Shown here piece by piece: positions 30,500 through 39,781 of a stretch of 64,000 bases of DNA. The stretch comes from a virus (taxonomy: Duplodnaviria > Caudoviricetes). The DNA lies in the IMG/VR virus record IMGVR_UViG_3300025018_000001. The stretch is one strand, 5' to 3'. Under the pieces are notes generated by a model. The model searched no databases. It worked only from the letters and a program-made list of their open reading frames with translations, and was not told the DNA's origin. How positions within the stretch are numbered: position 1 is the stretch's first letter; each line of letters starts with the position of its first letter. Made by a program: the position numbers and the translations under genes.

Positions 30500-32206
30500 T
30501 TATTTCTTTTTAGTCAATATAGCTAAAGACAAACTTGATGACACATTGTTTAACCCTGTAGCTGTAGACCAATTAGCTGTATTTCTATTTCTAACTAATC
30601 CACCACTACTATGTATTACGGTCTTTGCATCATTGTCCACAATCTCGTGTTCTAACGCCTTAACACCATAACTTGCAAGTATCAGTGCAGAATATAAATC
30701 TTTATTTTGTCCTTTTTTAGGTGTATCAAAGTGCAAGGCACCACCAGCAGTTTGTGTAACAACTATGTTTAAACATTGTTTTTTTAGTTTATCTATAAGT
30801 TCATATTCATCTATTATTAAATCAGATACCACATCTACAGGTAGTAATGGGAATTGTAGGTTCCCATCTTCAAATAAAGATAAAGCTGCAAAGTTGGCGT
30901 CGGCTATCCAAGCTGTACTAAAGGTAGTTAATTCTAATATACGTCTACCCTTAACGCTTAGATTATCCTTATCATTCTTATTTAGTATAGGTTCAACATC
31001 ATTGTAGCCCTCCGCAAGTAAATCGGCTACTGACTTACCACCACCACCCCTATCCATAAATACACGTACTACGTTATAAGCAATACAAATATCTTGTAAA
31101 GAGGTGGTAATGTCTTGGGTTGTTTTACCATCTAATGCAAGTACTCTAACTATTTTATTTGGTTTACCTAATTTAATAATTACTACACCGCATTTAGCTT
31201 TACCACCTTGATTAGGATCTATACCTACAATATATGAAGCACCATTCTCACCGGTTAGTTCCATAGCGTAATCTGTTACAGAACATTTTTCTAATATAGA
31301 GGCCTTAAAAAATCCTTCAGAGTCAGATACCATTGCTGCTAAATATTCCATAGCAAACTCATGACTAGACATGACTCTTAAAGCGTTCTCAATATTCTTA
31401 GGGTCCAAGAACCCATCAGGTAATGCAGTATGAGGTATTTGAAATACGGCGTGATCTTTTGAACCTTCTTCAATCTGAGTCCAATATTCCCGCATACGTT
31501 TGTACATATGATTAAACTTGTAATATCCAGAAGAAGTACCTATCATTTTATTAATTGAGTCTTCTTCAAAATCATCCTCAAAAGCTAAACCTGCTTCAAT
31601 CAAAGAACGTCGTCTCTCTAACTCCCTAACTTTTTTCATAGGGTCAAGCTTGGTTATACTCATTGGTGCAAGTACAGTTTCAATAATTTTAGAAGGTACC
31701 TGAGCAAACTCATCTACTATTACACAATAAAAACGGGAGCCACGGATTTTACCACCGTCAGCTCCCAAAGGTAACGCTTCAATGAAGGCCCCATTATGGC
31801 CTCCTATAGACCTAAACTTTAAATAGCATGTGTCTGACCCACGTATAGGTCTTTTTTCTGTAGCCGCCCTAAGAATAGGTGAACTGGCATAAAGCTTTTC
31901 TATTTCAGCAAATATCATTTTTGCTTGTCTAAAGGAAGGGCCTATTAAACCAACACGATAACCTGGATATAATAATGCTAATAAAGCGGAAAGAGTTCCA
32001 GATAAGAAAGTTTTACCAAAACCCCTAGTAGCAACAGACAGTATGTAAGGTTTAAACCACATAGCCTCAAATACAATTCGTTGGACCGGGGCTAGGTCAA
32101 CACCAAGTAGCTCATAGGCAGCTATACAAGGATTCTCCCTGTAAAACTCTATAAGATCCGGACCTTGTTGTAAAACAATATCCATATTTTTAGTTAATTT
32201 AGACAT
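30500..32206 (-). CDS. terL: Terminase large subunit
   Basis: Walker A ATRGFGKT, Walker B VIVDEF preceded by IRG, nuclease IVGIDP and KDLYSA. Confidence 0.93.
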   Translation of the reverse strand: MSKLTKNMDIVLQQGPDLIEFYRENPCIAAYELLGVDLAPVQRIVFEAMWFKPYILSVATRGFGKTFLSGTLSALLALLYPGYRVGLIGPSFRQAKMIFAEIEKLYASSPILRAATEKRPIRGSDTCYLKFRSIGGHNGAFIEALPLGADGGKIRGSRFYCVIVDEFAQVPSKIIETVLAPMSITKLDPMKKVRELERRRSLIEAGLAFEDDFEEDSINKMIGTSSGYYKFNHMYKRMREYWTQIEEGSKDHAVFQIPHTALPDGFLDPKNIENALRVMSSHEFAMEYLAAMVSDSEGFFKASILEKCSVTDYAMELTGENGASYIVGIDPNQGGKAKCGVVIIKLGKPNKIVRVLALDGKTTQDITTSLQDICIAYNVVRVFMDRGGGGKSVADLLAEGYNDVEPILNKNDKDNLSVKGRRILELTTFSTAWIADANFAALSLFEDGNLQFPLLPVDVVSDLIIDEYELIDKLKKQCLNIVVTQTAGGALHFDTPKKGQNKDLYSALILASYGVKALEHEIVDNDAKTVIHSSGGLVRNRNTANWSTATGLNNVSSSLSLAILTKKK

Positions 32207-32703
32207 TAATCTACATCATCCTTACAGGTATTTTCTTCAAGTATTTCATTTATAGGTGCTTGTTCTGCCCGCATTTTTCTAGCTTGTGCTTCTAGTTTAA
32301 GTTTTTTATTATCATCAAAACCCACAGCTAGATCAATAATTGAAAAGCCTTTAAACTCATTTACATCTACACGGTCTTTACGTCTAGAAGCTAGGTTATC
32401 CTTAATTTTATCACTCTGTTTCCTAAGTTTTTCCATGGAACTTGAATAATTTAAATGATCAGTTGCTGAGCCTTTACTAGACTTAAGTAGTCTAACTTCG
32501 ATTACCTTATTAGTAGCAAGGGTTAAAATATCATCTACATCACTAGAGGTTAAGTCATCCTCATCAAAATCTTTAAGATATATGTCGATAAGTCCATTGT
32601 AAATAGGGAGTTCATCTTCTTCGAACATGTCATTAATAGGCATGATCTCAGTTAATAACTCCCTAGCTTTAGGTGGACTTTTAGGTCTGCCTACTTTTGC
32701 CAT
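32206..32703 (-). CDS. Putative terminase small subunit
   Basis: About 165 aa (MAKVGRPK...), coupled to terL; synteny. Confidence 0.5.
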   Translation of the reverse strand: MAKVGRPKSPPKARELLTEIMPINDMFEEDELPIYNGLIDIYLKDFDEDDLTSSDVDDILTLATNKVIEVRLLKSSKGSATDHLNYSSSMEKLRKQSDKIKDNLASRRKDRVDVNEFKGFSIIDLAVGFDDNKKLKLEAQARKMRAEQAPINEILEENTCKDDVD

Positions 32704-32704
32704 A

Positions 32705-33169
32705 TTATAATTTAACCCCCAAGGCGTGGCATACTGTGTCAAAGTCTAAATCAATATCATCACATTGTTGTCTTAGTTCACAAATATCTTCTGGACTATT
32801 TAGTAGCTGTGATATATGAGGATTTTCTTCAACACTAATATTATATTCTATAGATATTTCCCGATATCTCTTTGAGTTTAAAGATCTCTCAGTACATATA
32901 TCTGTTGTAGCATCATACTCTGTCCTAATCTTATTAAACCACTCTCTAACTTCTTTTGAATTTTTTATTTCATTTTTATATTGTAAATACAATTCATCGG
33001 ATAATGGATACATATTTCTAAAATATTGCATTAGTGTTTTAGAAATCTTTTCTTTTGTAGACTCTGAATGATGCTGCCCTTTTTTAGAATCACTAATTGC
33101 TTGTTTACTAACATCACTAAGTCTAAAGCCTAGTGGTCGTCCTCTTCCCCTTGTTGGTTCATTATCCAT
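32705..33169 (-). CDS. DNA-binding protein with AT-hook-like RGRGRP and NUMOD3-like motif
   Basis: KGQHHSESTKEKISKT matches the NUMOD3 pattern; no GIY-YIG or HNH motif seen. Confidence 0.55.
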   Translation of the reverse strand: MDNEPTRGRGRPLGFRLSDVSKQAISDSKKGQHHSESTKEKISKTLMQYFRNMYPLSDELYLQYKNEIKNSKEVREWFNKIRTEYDATTDICTERSLNSKRYREISIEYNISVEENPHISQLLNSPEDICELRQQCDDIDLDFDTVCHALGVKL

Positions 33170-33500
33170 TTAATTCCACCTCCTTTAAAGAGGAGTATTT
33201 ACCACATGACCTACAAATAACACCAACTGCATTGGTATGCACTAATACTTCAGCGTCACAGTTAGCACATAATTTAATAGTAGTTTTCTTTGCACCACTA
33301 AATGTAGGTTTAGAAAAAGAAAATGGAAGGTTTTTATGTTTATCTACAAAAGAGGATTCTTTATGAATTCTTGCATTGTGTTTAGCTACACCACCCTCTG
33401 GTTCGTATCTTCTTGGTGCACCTGGGGCCAACTCAGAAGACACTGTAGTTTTAGCTACAAACTTATTTAGATCTTTTTTAAAGGTTTCATTAACCATCAA
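33162..33500 (-). CDS. Zinc-ribbon protein
   Basis: C-terminal CANC..CRSC. Confidence 0.6.
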   Translation of the reverse strand: MMVNETFKKDLNKFVAKTTVSSELAPGAPRRYEPEGGVAKHNARIHKESSFVDKHKNLPFSFSKPTFSGAKKTTIKLCANCDAEVLVHTNAVGVICRSCGKYSSLKEVELNG

Positions 33501-34065
33501 ATCTGTCCTCTTGTTTAACTGTAAGTGTTTTTTTACTTGCTACGTAGTCAGATAAGTAAACACATAGCTCCTCTGGTGTATAATCAGATAAAGGTTTCAA
33601 CCAAGGTTTAATACTCCACGGCCCATAATGGTACCCGACACAACTTCTAATCATATTGTAGTCTTTTTCTGATACCAATTTTAAATCTCTGTAAACCTCT
33701 TCTACTAGTTTTGCCCCCAAGTCTGGGTGCCATTTCACAGTATGTCCTGACTTTTCAGTACCTTGTTTTCTAAGATCATGTAAAATACAAGCAGATATTA
33801 TCTGGTCTCTATTATGTTCACAGCTTAAACCCCTAGCAAGGTCATAGGCAATAGTTACTACTCTTTTAGTATGTATAATTGTACCATAACCTGAAAGCTC
33901 ATCTAGAGGATGGTACTTACCTGATGTAGAGGCTGGGGCGGAATAAAATATATAATCCGGTGCCATCATAACACAAACTTCTGTAAAGCTTTTTATATCC
34001 TTGTTAAAAACCAAATCTAACTCAGACTTAAGTGCTGCCAATTTCTCATCTGGAGATAATTCCAT
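33490..34065 (-). CDS. HD-domain phosphohydrolase
   Basis: H(TKRV)..ACILHD..H..HYG..D pattern. Confidence 0.8.
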   Translation of the reverse strand: MELSPDEKLAALKSELDLVFNKDIKSFTEVCVMMAPDYIFYSAPASTSGKYHPLDELSGYGTIIHTKRVVTIAYDLARGLSCEHNRDQIISACILHDLRKQGTEKSGHTVKWHPDLGAKLVEEVYRDLKLVSEKDYNMIRSCVGYHYGPWSIKPWLKPLSDYTPEELCVYLSDYVASKKTLTVKQEDRFDG

Positions 34066-34137
34066 AATTTCAACTCCTTTAATAAATTTAATAGAAAAAA
34101 AAACAAACCTACTTGTACATTACATACAATATTACAT

Positions 34138-34166
34138 ATTATAACACACAAGTGTAATAATTACAA
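34138..34166 (-). promoter_or_regulatory. Sigma70-type promoter
   Basis: TTGTAA-17 nt-TATAAT with extended TG, upstream of the HD gene. Confidence 0.65.
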
Positions 34167-34182
34167 GTGTAAACTAAAAAAA

Positions 34183-34230
34183 TTACATACCATTACAGTT
34201 TAGTATGTAACTAGCTGTAATGATATGTAA
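34183..34230 (-). terminator. Long hairpin/terminator
   Basis: TTACATACCATTACAG...CTGTAATGATATGTAA, T-run on the minus strand. Confidence 0.6.
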
Positions 34231-34242
34231 TTATATTTACAA

Positions 34243-34479
34243 CTACATGTATGGTGGTAGAGCAAGCTCATCCTTATCCAATGCTATTGGTCTTATATTA
34301 GGAGAATTAGCTTCCACATTGTAACCAGGTTGTGGGAAAGACTCTCCATGGAACCTACGTAAATTGTTATTATTAGTAAGACCATCCATAAATTTAGCTT
34401 TACTATCTTCAATAAAAGGTTTCTTTTCTGTTAACCTAACCCATCTAGGTAATTGATACTCAGTTATTGATATTGGCAT
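34243..34479 (-). CDS. Hypothetical protein
   Basis: 78 aa ORF with RBS. Confidence 0.6.
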   Translation of the reverse strand: MPISITEYQLPRWVRLTEKKPFIEDSKAKFMDGLTNNNNLRRFHGESFPQPGYNVEANSPNIRPIALDKDELALPPYM

Positions 34480-34488
34480 AATATCACC

Positions 34489-34806
34489 TTAGATTTTTTC
34501 GGTACTATCTTTAAATCTTTTTAAGAAGTCGTCAAACTCTTTTTTGTTTTCAATACTAGCCATAACTTTATTACCATCTGGACCTACTGGAGCTTCTTTA
34601 AAGAAGTTTGCCATGTCCATAACAAAATCAGGAATCATATCACCTTCCCACTCGTAGTTAATATTCATGTATTGATCTTTACCCTTCTTAATACCTACGG
34701 ATGCGTAATTGTAACCATTCTTACTTTTATATAAACTTACATTCATTATTTCCCCAGAATTAAATGCTAGGGCATATTTTGTATCTACCATACTTTTGTC
34801 CTCCAT
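34489..34806 (-). CDS. Hypothetical protein
   Basis: 105 aa ORF. Confidence 0.6.
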   Translation of the reverse strand: MEDKSMVDTKYALAFNSGEIMNVSLYKSKNGYNYASVGIKKGKDQYMNINYEWEGDMIPDFVMDMANFFKEAPVGPDGNKVMASIENKKEFDDFLKRFKDSTEKI

Positions 34807-35396
34807 ATATAAGATAGTTGATTTCTTAGATCTTCTAATGTACCATCATTAGTGATACAAACTCTATTATCATGCGACATAAAAGATGGTAGAGCATTTT
34901 CAGATATGTGTTCTTGATTATTAACAAAAGTACGGTCTTCCCTTTCAATATGGATATGTAGACCATTTGCTTCATCTAAAACCCAATCTATTTCATTAGC
35001 AAATCTTCCATCAGTTATAATTGTATTAGCTGCGTCACTACCAAAAAGAGCATTACTTTTTATAACATTAACCCAACAGTCTGGGTTAATTTTTCTAAAT
35101 ACATCTGTACCAATAAACTGCAAAAGCTCCCTAGGTGTCCAAAATCTTTCTTGTTCTAGGTGGATAGCTGAATGTATTTTAAGCCCCTCAATAGGCTGTT
35201 CCTTAGCATCACCATATAGCTGTTCCTGGGTTAATAAAAAACACTTACCTAATATATTTTTAAGAAAATCTGCATAAGCCACAACTCTAACAGTTTTTTT
35301 ATTTTCATAAAACATATCTCTTAATATACATGCTACTGTATCCTTACCTGACCTTGCCTTACCACTTAATACTATTATCATATCTAGCCTTCCCAT
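34785..35396 (-). CDS. Deoxynucleoside monophosphate kinase
   Basis: IIVLSGKARSGKDT P-loop, YADFLK, PRELLQFIGTD, ITDGRFANE. Confidence 0.88.
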   Translation of the reverse strand: MGRLDMIIVLSGKARSGKDTVACILRDMFYENKKTVRVVAYADFLKNILGKCFLLTQEQLYGDAKEQPIEGLKIHSAIHLEQERFWTPRELLQFIGTDVFRKINPDCWVNVIKSNALFGSDAANTIITDGRFANEIDWVLDEANGLHIHIEREDRTFVNNQEHISENALPSFMSHDNRVCITNDGTLEDLRNQLSYIWRTKVW

Positions 35397-35809
35397 TTAG
35401 TTATTAAATCACTATGTAATACTGCCAAATAAATACTTTGATACTCCTCAAACAATGTGTCGTTTTTAGAAAACAATGTAGATATATCCACAGTTACAGC
35501 AGCATTTGATTCTATGAAGTCTGTAAATGTTTTTATTTTAGCCTCTAAAGTTCGAAGTAGATGAAGTGCTTCGAACACACTAAGTTCTACATTACTAACA
35601 CTAATATATGTTTCTTTATTTAAATTGTCTATTAATATATCATGACTACGAATTTTACTTAACAACTCAAATTTATAAGATACTGCATTAGTATACAAAT
35701 CAGGAGTTCTACTTGTGTCAAAACTACTTATGTACTTGATATATCTATTTATAGTTTTTAGTTTGTCATCTAAGTAGCGCTTCCTTAAAAGTATTTCACG
35801 TAGTATCAT
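35384..35809 (-). CDS. Hypothetical helical protein
   Basis: 141 aa ORF in operon context. Confidence 0.65.
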   Translation of the reverse strand: MILREILLRKRYLDDKLKTINRYIKYISSFDTSRTPDLYTNAVSYKFELLSKIRSHDILIDNLNKETYISVSNVELSVFEALHLLRTLEAKIKTFTDFIESNAAVTVDISTLFSKNDTLFEEYQSIYLAVLHSDLITKWEG

Positions 35810-35811
35810 AT

Positions 35812-36030
35812 TTAAATTATCTCTACTTCTGTAGCTTGAATACCTTTTTCAGTATCTTTTAAAACAAAAGATATGGCTTGTTTAGCCTTTAAAGTTTTAT
35901 AACCTTCCATATTAATTACGGAGTAGTGTAGAAAAAATTCTTGTTCTTTCTTATCACCATCAACAACAGCAAAACCATAACCACGGTCATTACTGAACCA
36001 TTTAACAAAACCAGTAACTCTCTCACTCAT
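35812..36030 (-). CDS. csp: Cold-shock domain protein (CspA family)
   Basis: GFVKWFSNDRGYGF and FFLHYSVI RNP motifs, GYKTL..Q. Confidence 0.92.
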   Translation of the reverse strand: MSERVTGFVKWFSNDRGYGFAVVDGDKKEQEFFLHYSVINMEGYKTLKAKQAISFVLKDTEKGIQATEVEII

Positions 36031-36111
36031 AATAAAACTCCTAACTAAAAATAATAATTATAGATTAAATAAAATATGTAATCCTCTGTTAATAACGCAT
36101 GGTTAGATTAA

Positions 36112-36612
36112 TTAAGCTAAATTCCATACAGCAACTTCTGCTGCTCTACGTCTAGTAAGCCCATTTAAAACTTTACCCTTTGATTTATTCCAACGTTTAA
36201 ATTGTGCTGGAACTGACTTATAATCACCGTTGTTGAGATAGCGTAATAATGTAGACTTCTTAAAGGCACCTAAACCAATATTAAATACTAGACTTATTAA
36301 GGCACACAACTGGTTATTACTAATAGGTACCGTGACTAAAGACTGCACACCCATGGTGAATCTTCTCAAGTCATCGTTTAACAAAACAACTGCTTCGTCC
36401 ATGGTGATACCTTTAGGGTAAATAGCATAAGCTAAAGCTTTGTTCTCTTTACCTTTAATTTGTCTACCATAAGCATCCAAAACAACATGACCCCAACCTA
36501 TAGTCCAGTACCCAGCCGGGCATAAATATGGATCTAGATTAACCGTTGATGGATCTCCATCTAGTATACCCTCGAAAGCTTTTATAAGATTAACCGCATT
36601 AGTTAGATCCAT
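36112..36612 (-). CDS. Endolysin, GH24 lysozyme
   Basis: FEG..PYLCPAGYWTIGWGH, ALISLVFNIG, GLTRRRAAE. Confidence 0.92.
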   Translation of the reverse strand: MDLTNAVNLIKAFEGILDGDPSTVNLDPYLCPAGYWTIGWGHVVLDAYGRQIKGKENKALAYAIYPKGITMDEAVVLLNDDLRRFTMGVQSLVTVPISNNQLCALISLVFNIGLGAFKKSTLLRYLNNGDYKSVPAQFKRWNKSKGKVLNGLTRRRAAEVAVWNLA

Positions 36613-36615
36613 AAT

Positions 36616-36876
36616 TTAGTCACTCTTATTTTTTGAAGATTTAACTTCCTTAGTTGAAGTTTGTTCGGCTTTTAGTGCCTTTATAATAGATTCTTTTTTA
36701 GCAAGTTCTTTATTAACCTTATCTAGCTCTGCTTGTATAGCCTCAAACTCAGAAGCAACTTCATCTTCTGTATAAACAGTAGCTTCTTTAGAAGCCTTTA
36801 TTTGTTTTTGTATATCTCTAGGTGATTTAATAACTGGTCTTACACGTGTATCTGAATTATCTTTATTATATTCCAT
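36616..36876 (-). CDS. Hypothetical coiled-coil protein
   Basis: 86 aa ORF with RBS. Confidence 0.6.
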   Translation of the reverse strand: MEYNKDNSDTRVRPVIKSPRDIQKQIKASKEATVYTEDEVASEFEAIQAELDKVNKELAKKESIIKALKAEQTSTKEVKSSKNKSD

Positions 36877-36887
36877 ATCTTTTCTCC

Positions 36888-37460
36888 TTAAATGATTTTA
36901 TCAACCAGACCATACTTAACTGCTTCTTCCGCTGTCAAATAAAAGTCTCGCTGCATATCTTTTTTAATTTTGGCCAACGATTGACCGGTCATAGCTACGT
37001 ACTGCTTAGCCATCTTATCATGAAGTTTTTTTAATTTTTCCACTTCATTAAATATATCCCCTGCCTTTCCTTGAGTACCACCTGAAAATTCATGAATCAT
37101 AATTTCTGTATTAGTTAACACGGAGCGTTTACCCTTAGCACCAGCGGCTAGTATAAAACTACCGGCAGAACAATTCTGACCAATACCTACTGTACATACA
37201 TCCGGCTTGATATAATTCATTACATCGAATATAGCATACATAGATGTTATGGCGCCGCCTGGACTATTGACATACATATGAATGTCCTTGGCATCGTCTT
37301 GTGAACTAAGATACAATAACTGTGCTACTGTATTATTAGCCATCTCATCATTAAAAACACCTTGTATGTATACTATTCTATCCTTCAATAATCTACTAAA
37401 AATTTCGTAACTTCTTTCTTCTTTTGGGTTGTCGCCTTCAATAACATAAGATAAATTCAT
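36888..37460 (-). CDS. clpP: ClpP protease proteolytic subunit
   Basis: IFSRLLKDRIV, YVNSPGG, GQNCSAGS (Ser), MIHEF (His), RDFYL (Asp), YGLVDKI. Confidence 0.93.
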   Translation of the reverse strand: MNLSYVIEGDNPKEERSYEIFSRLLKDRIVYIQGVFNDEMANNTVAQLLYLSSQDDAKDIHMYVNSPGGAITSMYAIFDVMNYIKPDVCTVGIGQNCSAGSFILAAGAKGKRSVLTNTEIMIHEFSGGTQGKAGDIFNEVEKLKKLHDKMAKQYVAMTGQSLAKIKKDMQRDFYLTAEEAVKYGLVDKII

Positions 37461-37511
37461 AATTGTCTCCTTTAAAAGATATTAAAATACTACCAAACTC
37501 GTAATTACTAT

Positions 37512-37539
37512 ATTATAACACATAATTAAAAATATGCAA
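37512..37539 (-). promoter_or_regulatory. Sigma70-type promoter upstream of clpP
   Basis: TTGCAT-16 nt-TATAAT with extended TG. Confidence 0.55.
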
Positions 37540-37545
37540 CCCTTA

Positions 37546-39777
37546 TTAAAGTTTTCTTTCAAATACTATGCGTCTTATACCAAACCAACTTTGTGGTGCA
37601 TAATAACCAGTTATTCTACATATCATGTATTGATATTCATTTTCATTATCAAATGTAAATATATTCGGAGATGACATATTATATGGTATATGTTCTGGTA
37701 CAGTTATAGTGGTGATGTATGTTGTACTACTCATGTCATTGCCATCAACATTAACAAAAGCTGTATATGAATTTGAACCATATATCTCTAGAGTTTTAAT
37801 ACCATTACTAGTTGTACCACCACTATTATGTGAGTTTTCAATATATATTCTATTAGGTATAAAGGGTTCAGCATAGGCCATATTAAACTTTTGAGGTAGA
37901 GTTAGAGCACCAGAACCAGCAATGAAACAATTACCTTCTAAAGCACCTAAAAGATTTTTAGATGGGTCTGCCGCATAATGAGCTGCGTAATTTGAGCTGA
38001 AAACTGTAGAAGATACTACACTAGCAAGATCAAATGAAGCTGGATACACAGGAATACAATTATACGGTTTTACATTTCTAAAAGAGTGATCTACGGGTAA
38101 ATTAGCTGTTAAGTCATGTTCCCATGCCAGATAACCTTCCATAACTACCCTATCATATGCCGTGGCTGACGATGGTAATATTACTAATTCTTTTATAATA
38201 CCCTTCATATTAAACTGAGGATAAGCAGCATCGTAGTAGAATAAATCCATAAAATTCCAGCTTTGTAACTCAACACCCTCTAAACATAATATAGAAAACT
38301 TATTATATAGTGCTGTATATACCTGTACCCTATCCGTCCATGGGGAATAAATACCATCATTGGTAATTATTGGATTACCAAAATTAGCACTAGTTTCTAC
38401 AGCTCTATTATACTCCCCAGCCACACCATACCATGCCTGACTGCCTGACCCAAACACAACAAATATATCATCCAGACTTTTTAACACAATGTAAATATTC
38501 TGTAGTGATTGTTTTGGCCCAGTTATACGCAAAGTCTGTGTGATACCATCAAAAAGTATACCGTCTATAGTAAGAGATGGTTGTCTAGAAGGTGTAAGCT
38601 GTATAGCATCTCTATTGTTGCTTGATTTATCTCTCCAAGCAGCTACCCCATCCACAGATTCCTCAACAGTCGCTAGTTCATTAACTGTAAACCAGTTATC
38701 AGTATACACCAAATCAGGTGTCCAAAATTCCGGTACTGGTGGCGGTGGAGGTGGTAAAACAACTGGTGGTAATGTACCTGCTGCTGGTACCCTATCATAT
38801 ATTATAGCATTAAACCCTTCTTTAAAAGCAACAACTGTATAATAAGATTTACCTATTTCTAAAGTATTAAATCTAAAATAACCATTTTCATCCGACTTAG
38901 TTATATCAATTAATAAGCCATCTACATTATAATATAGTCTAACTTTTACATTTGGCCATACAGTACCACTAACAGTCACAGTTCCTTCGATATAACCATC
39001 TACATTAGTTGTTAAATCACCATTGTTATATGTTGTAGAAGTTCTCTTAATAATATCAGTGCGATCTATAAAAATAACATCAGGTGTAGCACATATAAAT
39101 GTATTTTGAGCTGAGCTAGCTAGAATAGATTTTAAAGACCTTTTCCAAACATTATATGCAGCTATGAAATCAGGTACTATATTTTTTGTTATATGAAATT
39201 TTTGTTCTTTGTAAGCCCATAACATATAAGGGTCAATACGTGTATATGTATCTACTACCTCCTGAAGCTTAAAAAAAGTAATCTTTCGTAAACCTACATA
39301 ACTTACACTACCATAAGAGTCTGTAATTATTACTACGTAATATCTAAAACTTCCTGCCCCTACTACATCAAAATATTGTAGCACCTCCTGTGTAGCGTTA
39401 GCTGTATGTTCTAAAGCAAGATAACTACCTAATAAGGTCAAATCTGTTACGTCACTACCTGTAGTGTTATTAAAGGCTGTTGCTGAATTTGTACCATATA
39501 AATTAAAGTTTTTAACACCTGCGTTTGTTGCTGAACCATTGGTGTGGTAATTTACAAAAGATATTCTATCAATAACATATTCCACGCCTAAGTCTGTATT
39601 CAGTTTCTGAGGAAAAGTTGCCGTTGAAGACAACCAGCACATATTTGCAGAAGCATTAATTATCTGCAAACTTGGATCAATAGCAAACCACGGGTAATAA
39701 CTACTGGAATAATATGACGTAGCCTTTACAGAGTTTGTATCAAAGACTAAGGGATATTTTGGTACAAATATAGCCAT
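37546..39777 (-). CDS. Multidomain virion adhesin/fibre-like protein (two discoidin-like domains, Ig-like domain, poly-Pro linker)
   Basis: 743 aa. N- and C-terminal ~160 aa are mutually similar; PPPPPP linker; GTVTVSG..VRLY..SDENGYFRF carboxypeptidase-regulatory-like strand pattern. Confidence 0.55.
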   Translation of the reverse strand: MAIFVPKYPLVFDTNSVKATSYYSSSYYPWFAIDPSLQIINASANMCWLSSTATFPQKLNTDLGVEYVIDRISFVNYHTNGSATNAGVKNFNLYGTNSATAFNNTTGSDVTDLTLLGSYLALEHTANATQEVLQYFDVVGAGSFRYYVVIITDSYGSVSYVGLRKITFFKLQEVVDTYTRIDPYMLWAYKEQKFHITKNIVPDFIAAYNVWKRSLKSILASSAQNTFICATPDVIFIDRTDIIKRTSTTYNNGDLTTNVDGYIEGTVTVSGTVWPNVKVRLYYNVDGLLIDITKSDENGYFRFNTLEIGKSYYTVVAFKEGFNAIIYDRVPAAGTLPPVVLPPPPPPVPEFWTPDLVYTDNWFTVNELATVEESVDGVAAWRDKSSNNRDAIQLTPSRQPSLTIDGILFDGITQTLRITGPKQSLQNIYIVLKSLDDIFVVFGSGSQAWYGVAGEYNRAVETSANFGNPIITNDGIYSPWTDRVQVYTALYNKFSILCLEGVELQSWNFMDLFYYDAAYPQFNMKGIIKELVILPSSATAYDRVVMEGYLAWEHDLTANLPVDHSFRNVKPYNCIPVYPASFDLASVVSSTVFSSNYAAHYAADPSKNLLGALEGNCFIAGSGALTLPQKFNMAYAEPFIPNRIYIENSHNSGGTTSNGIKTLEIYGSNSYTAFVNVDGNDMSSTTYITTITVPEHIPYNMSSPNIFTFDNENEYQYMICRITGYYAPQSWFGIRRIVFERKL

Positions 39778-39781
39778 ATTA

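Noticed and set aside
30500-32206. Intein or intron in the terminase
   Set aside because: 568 aa with normally spaced motifs; no splice-junction motifs seen
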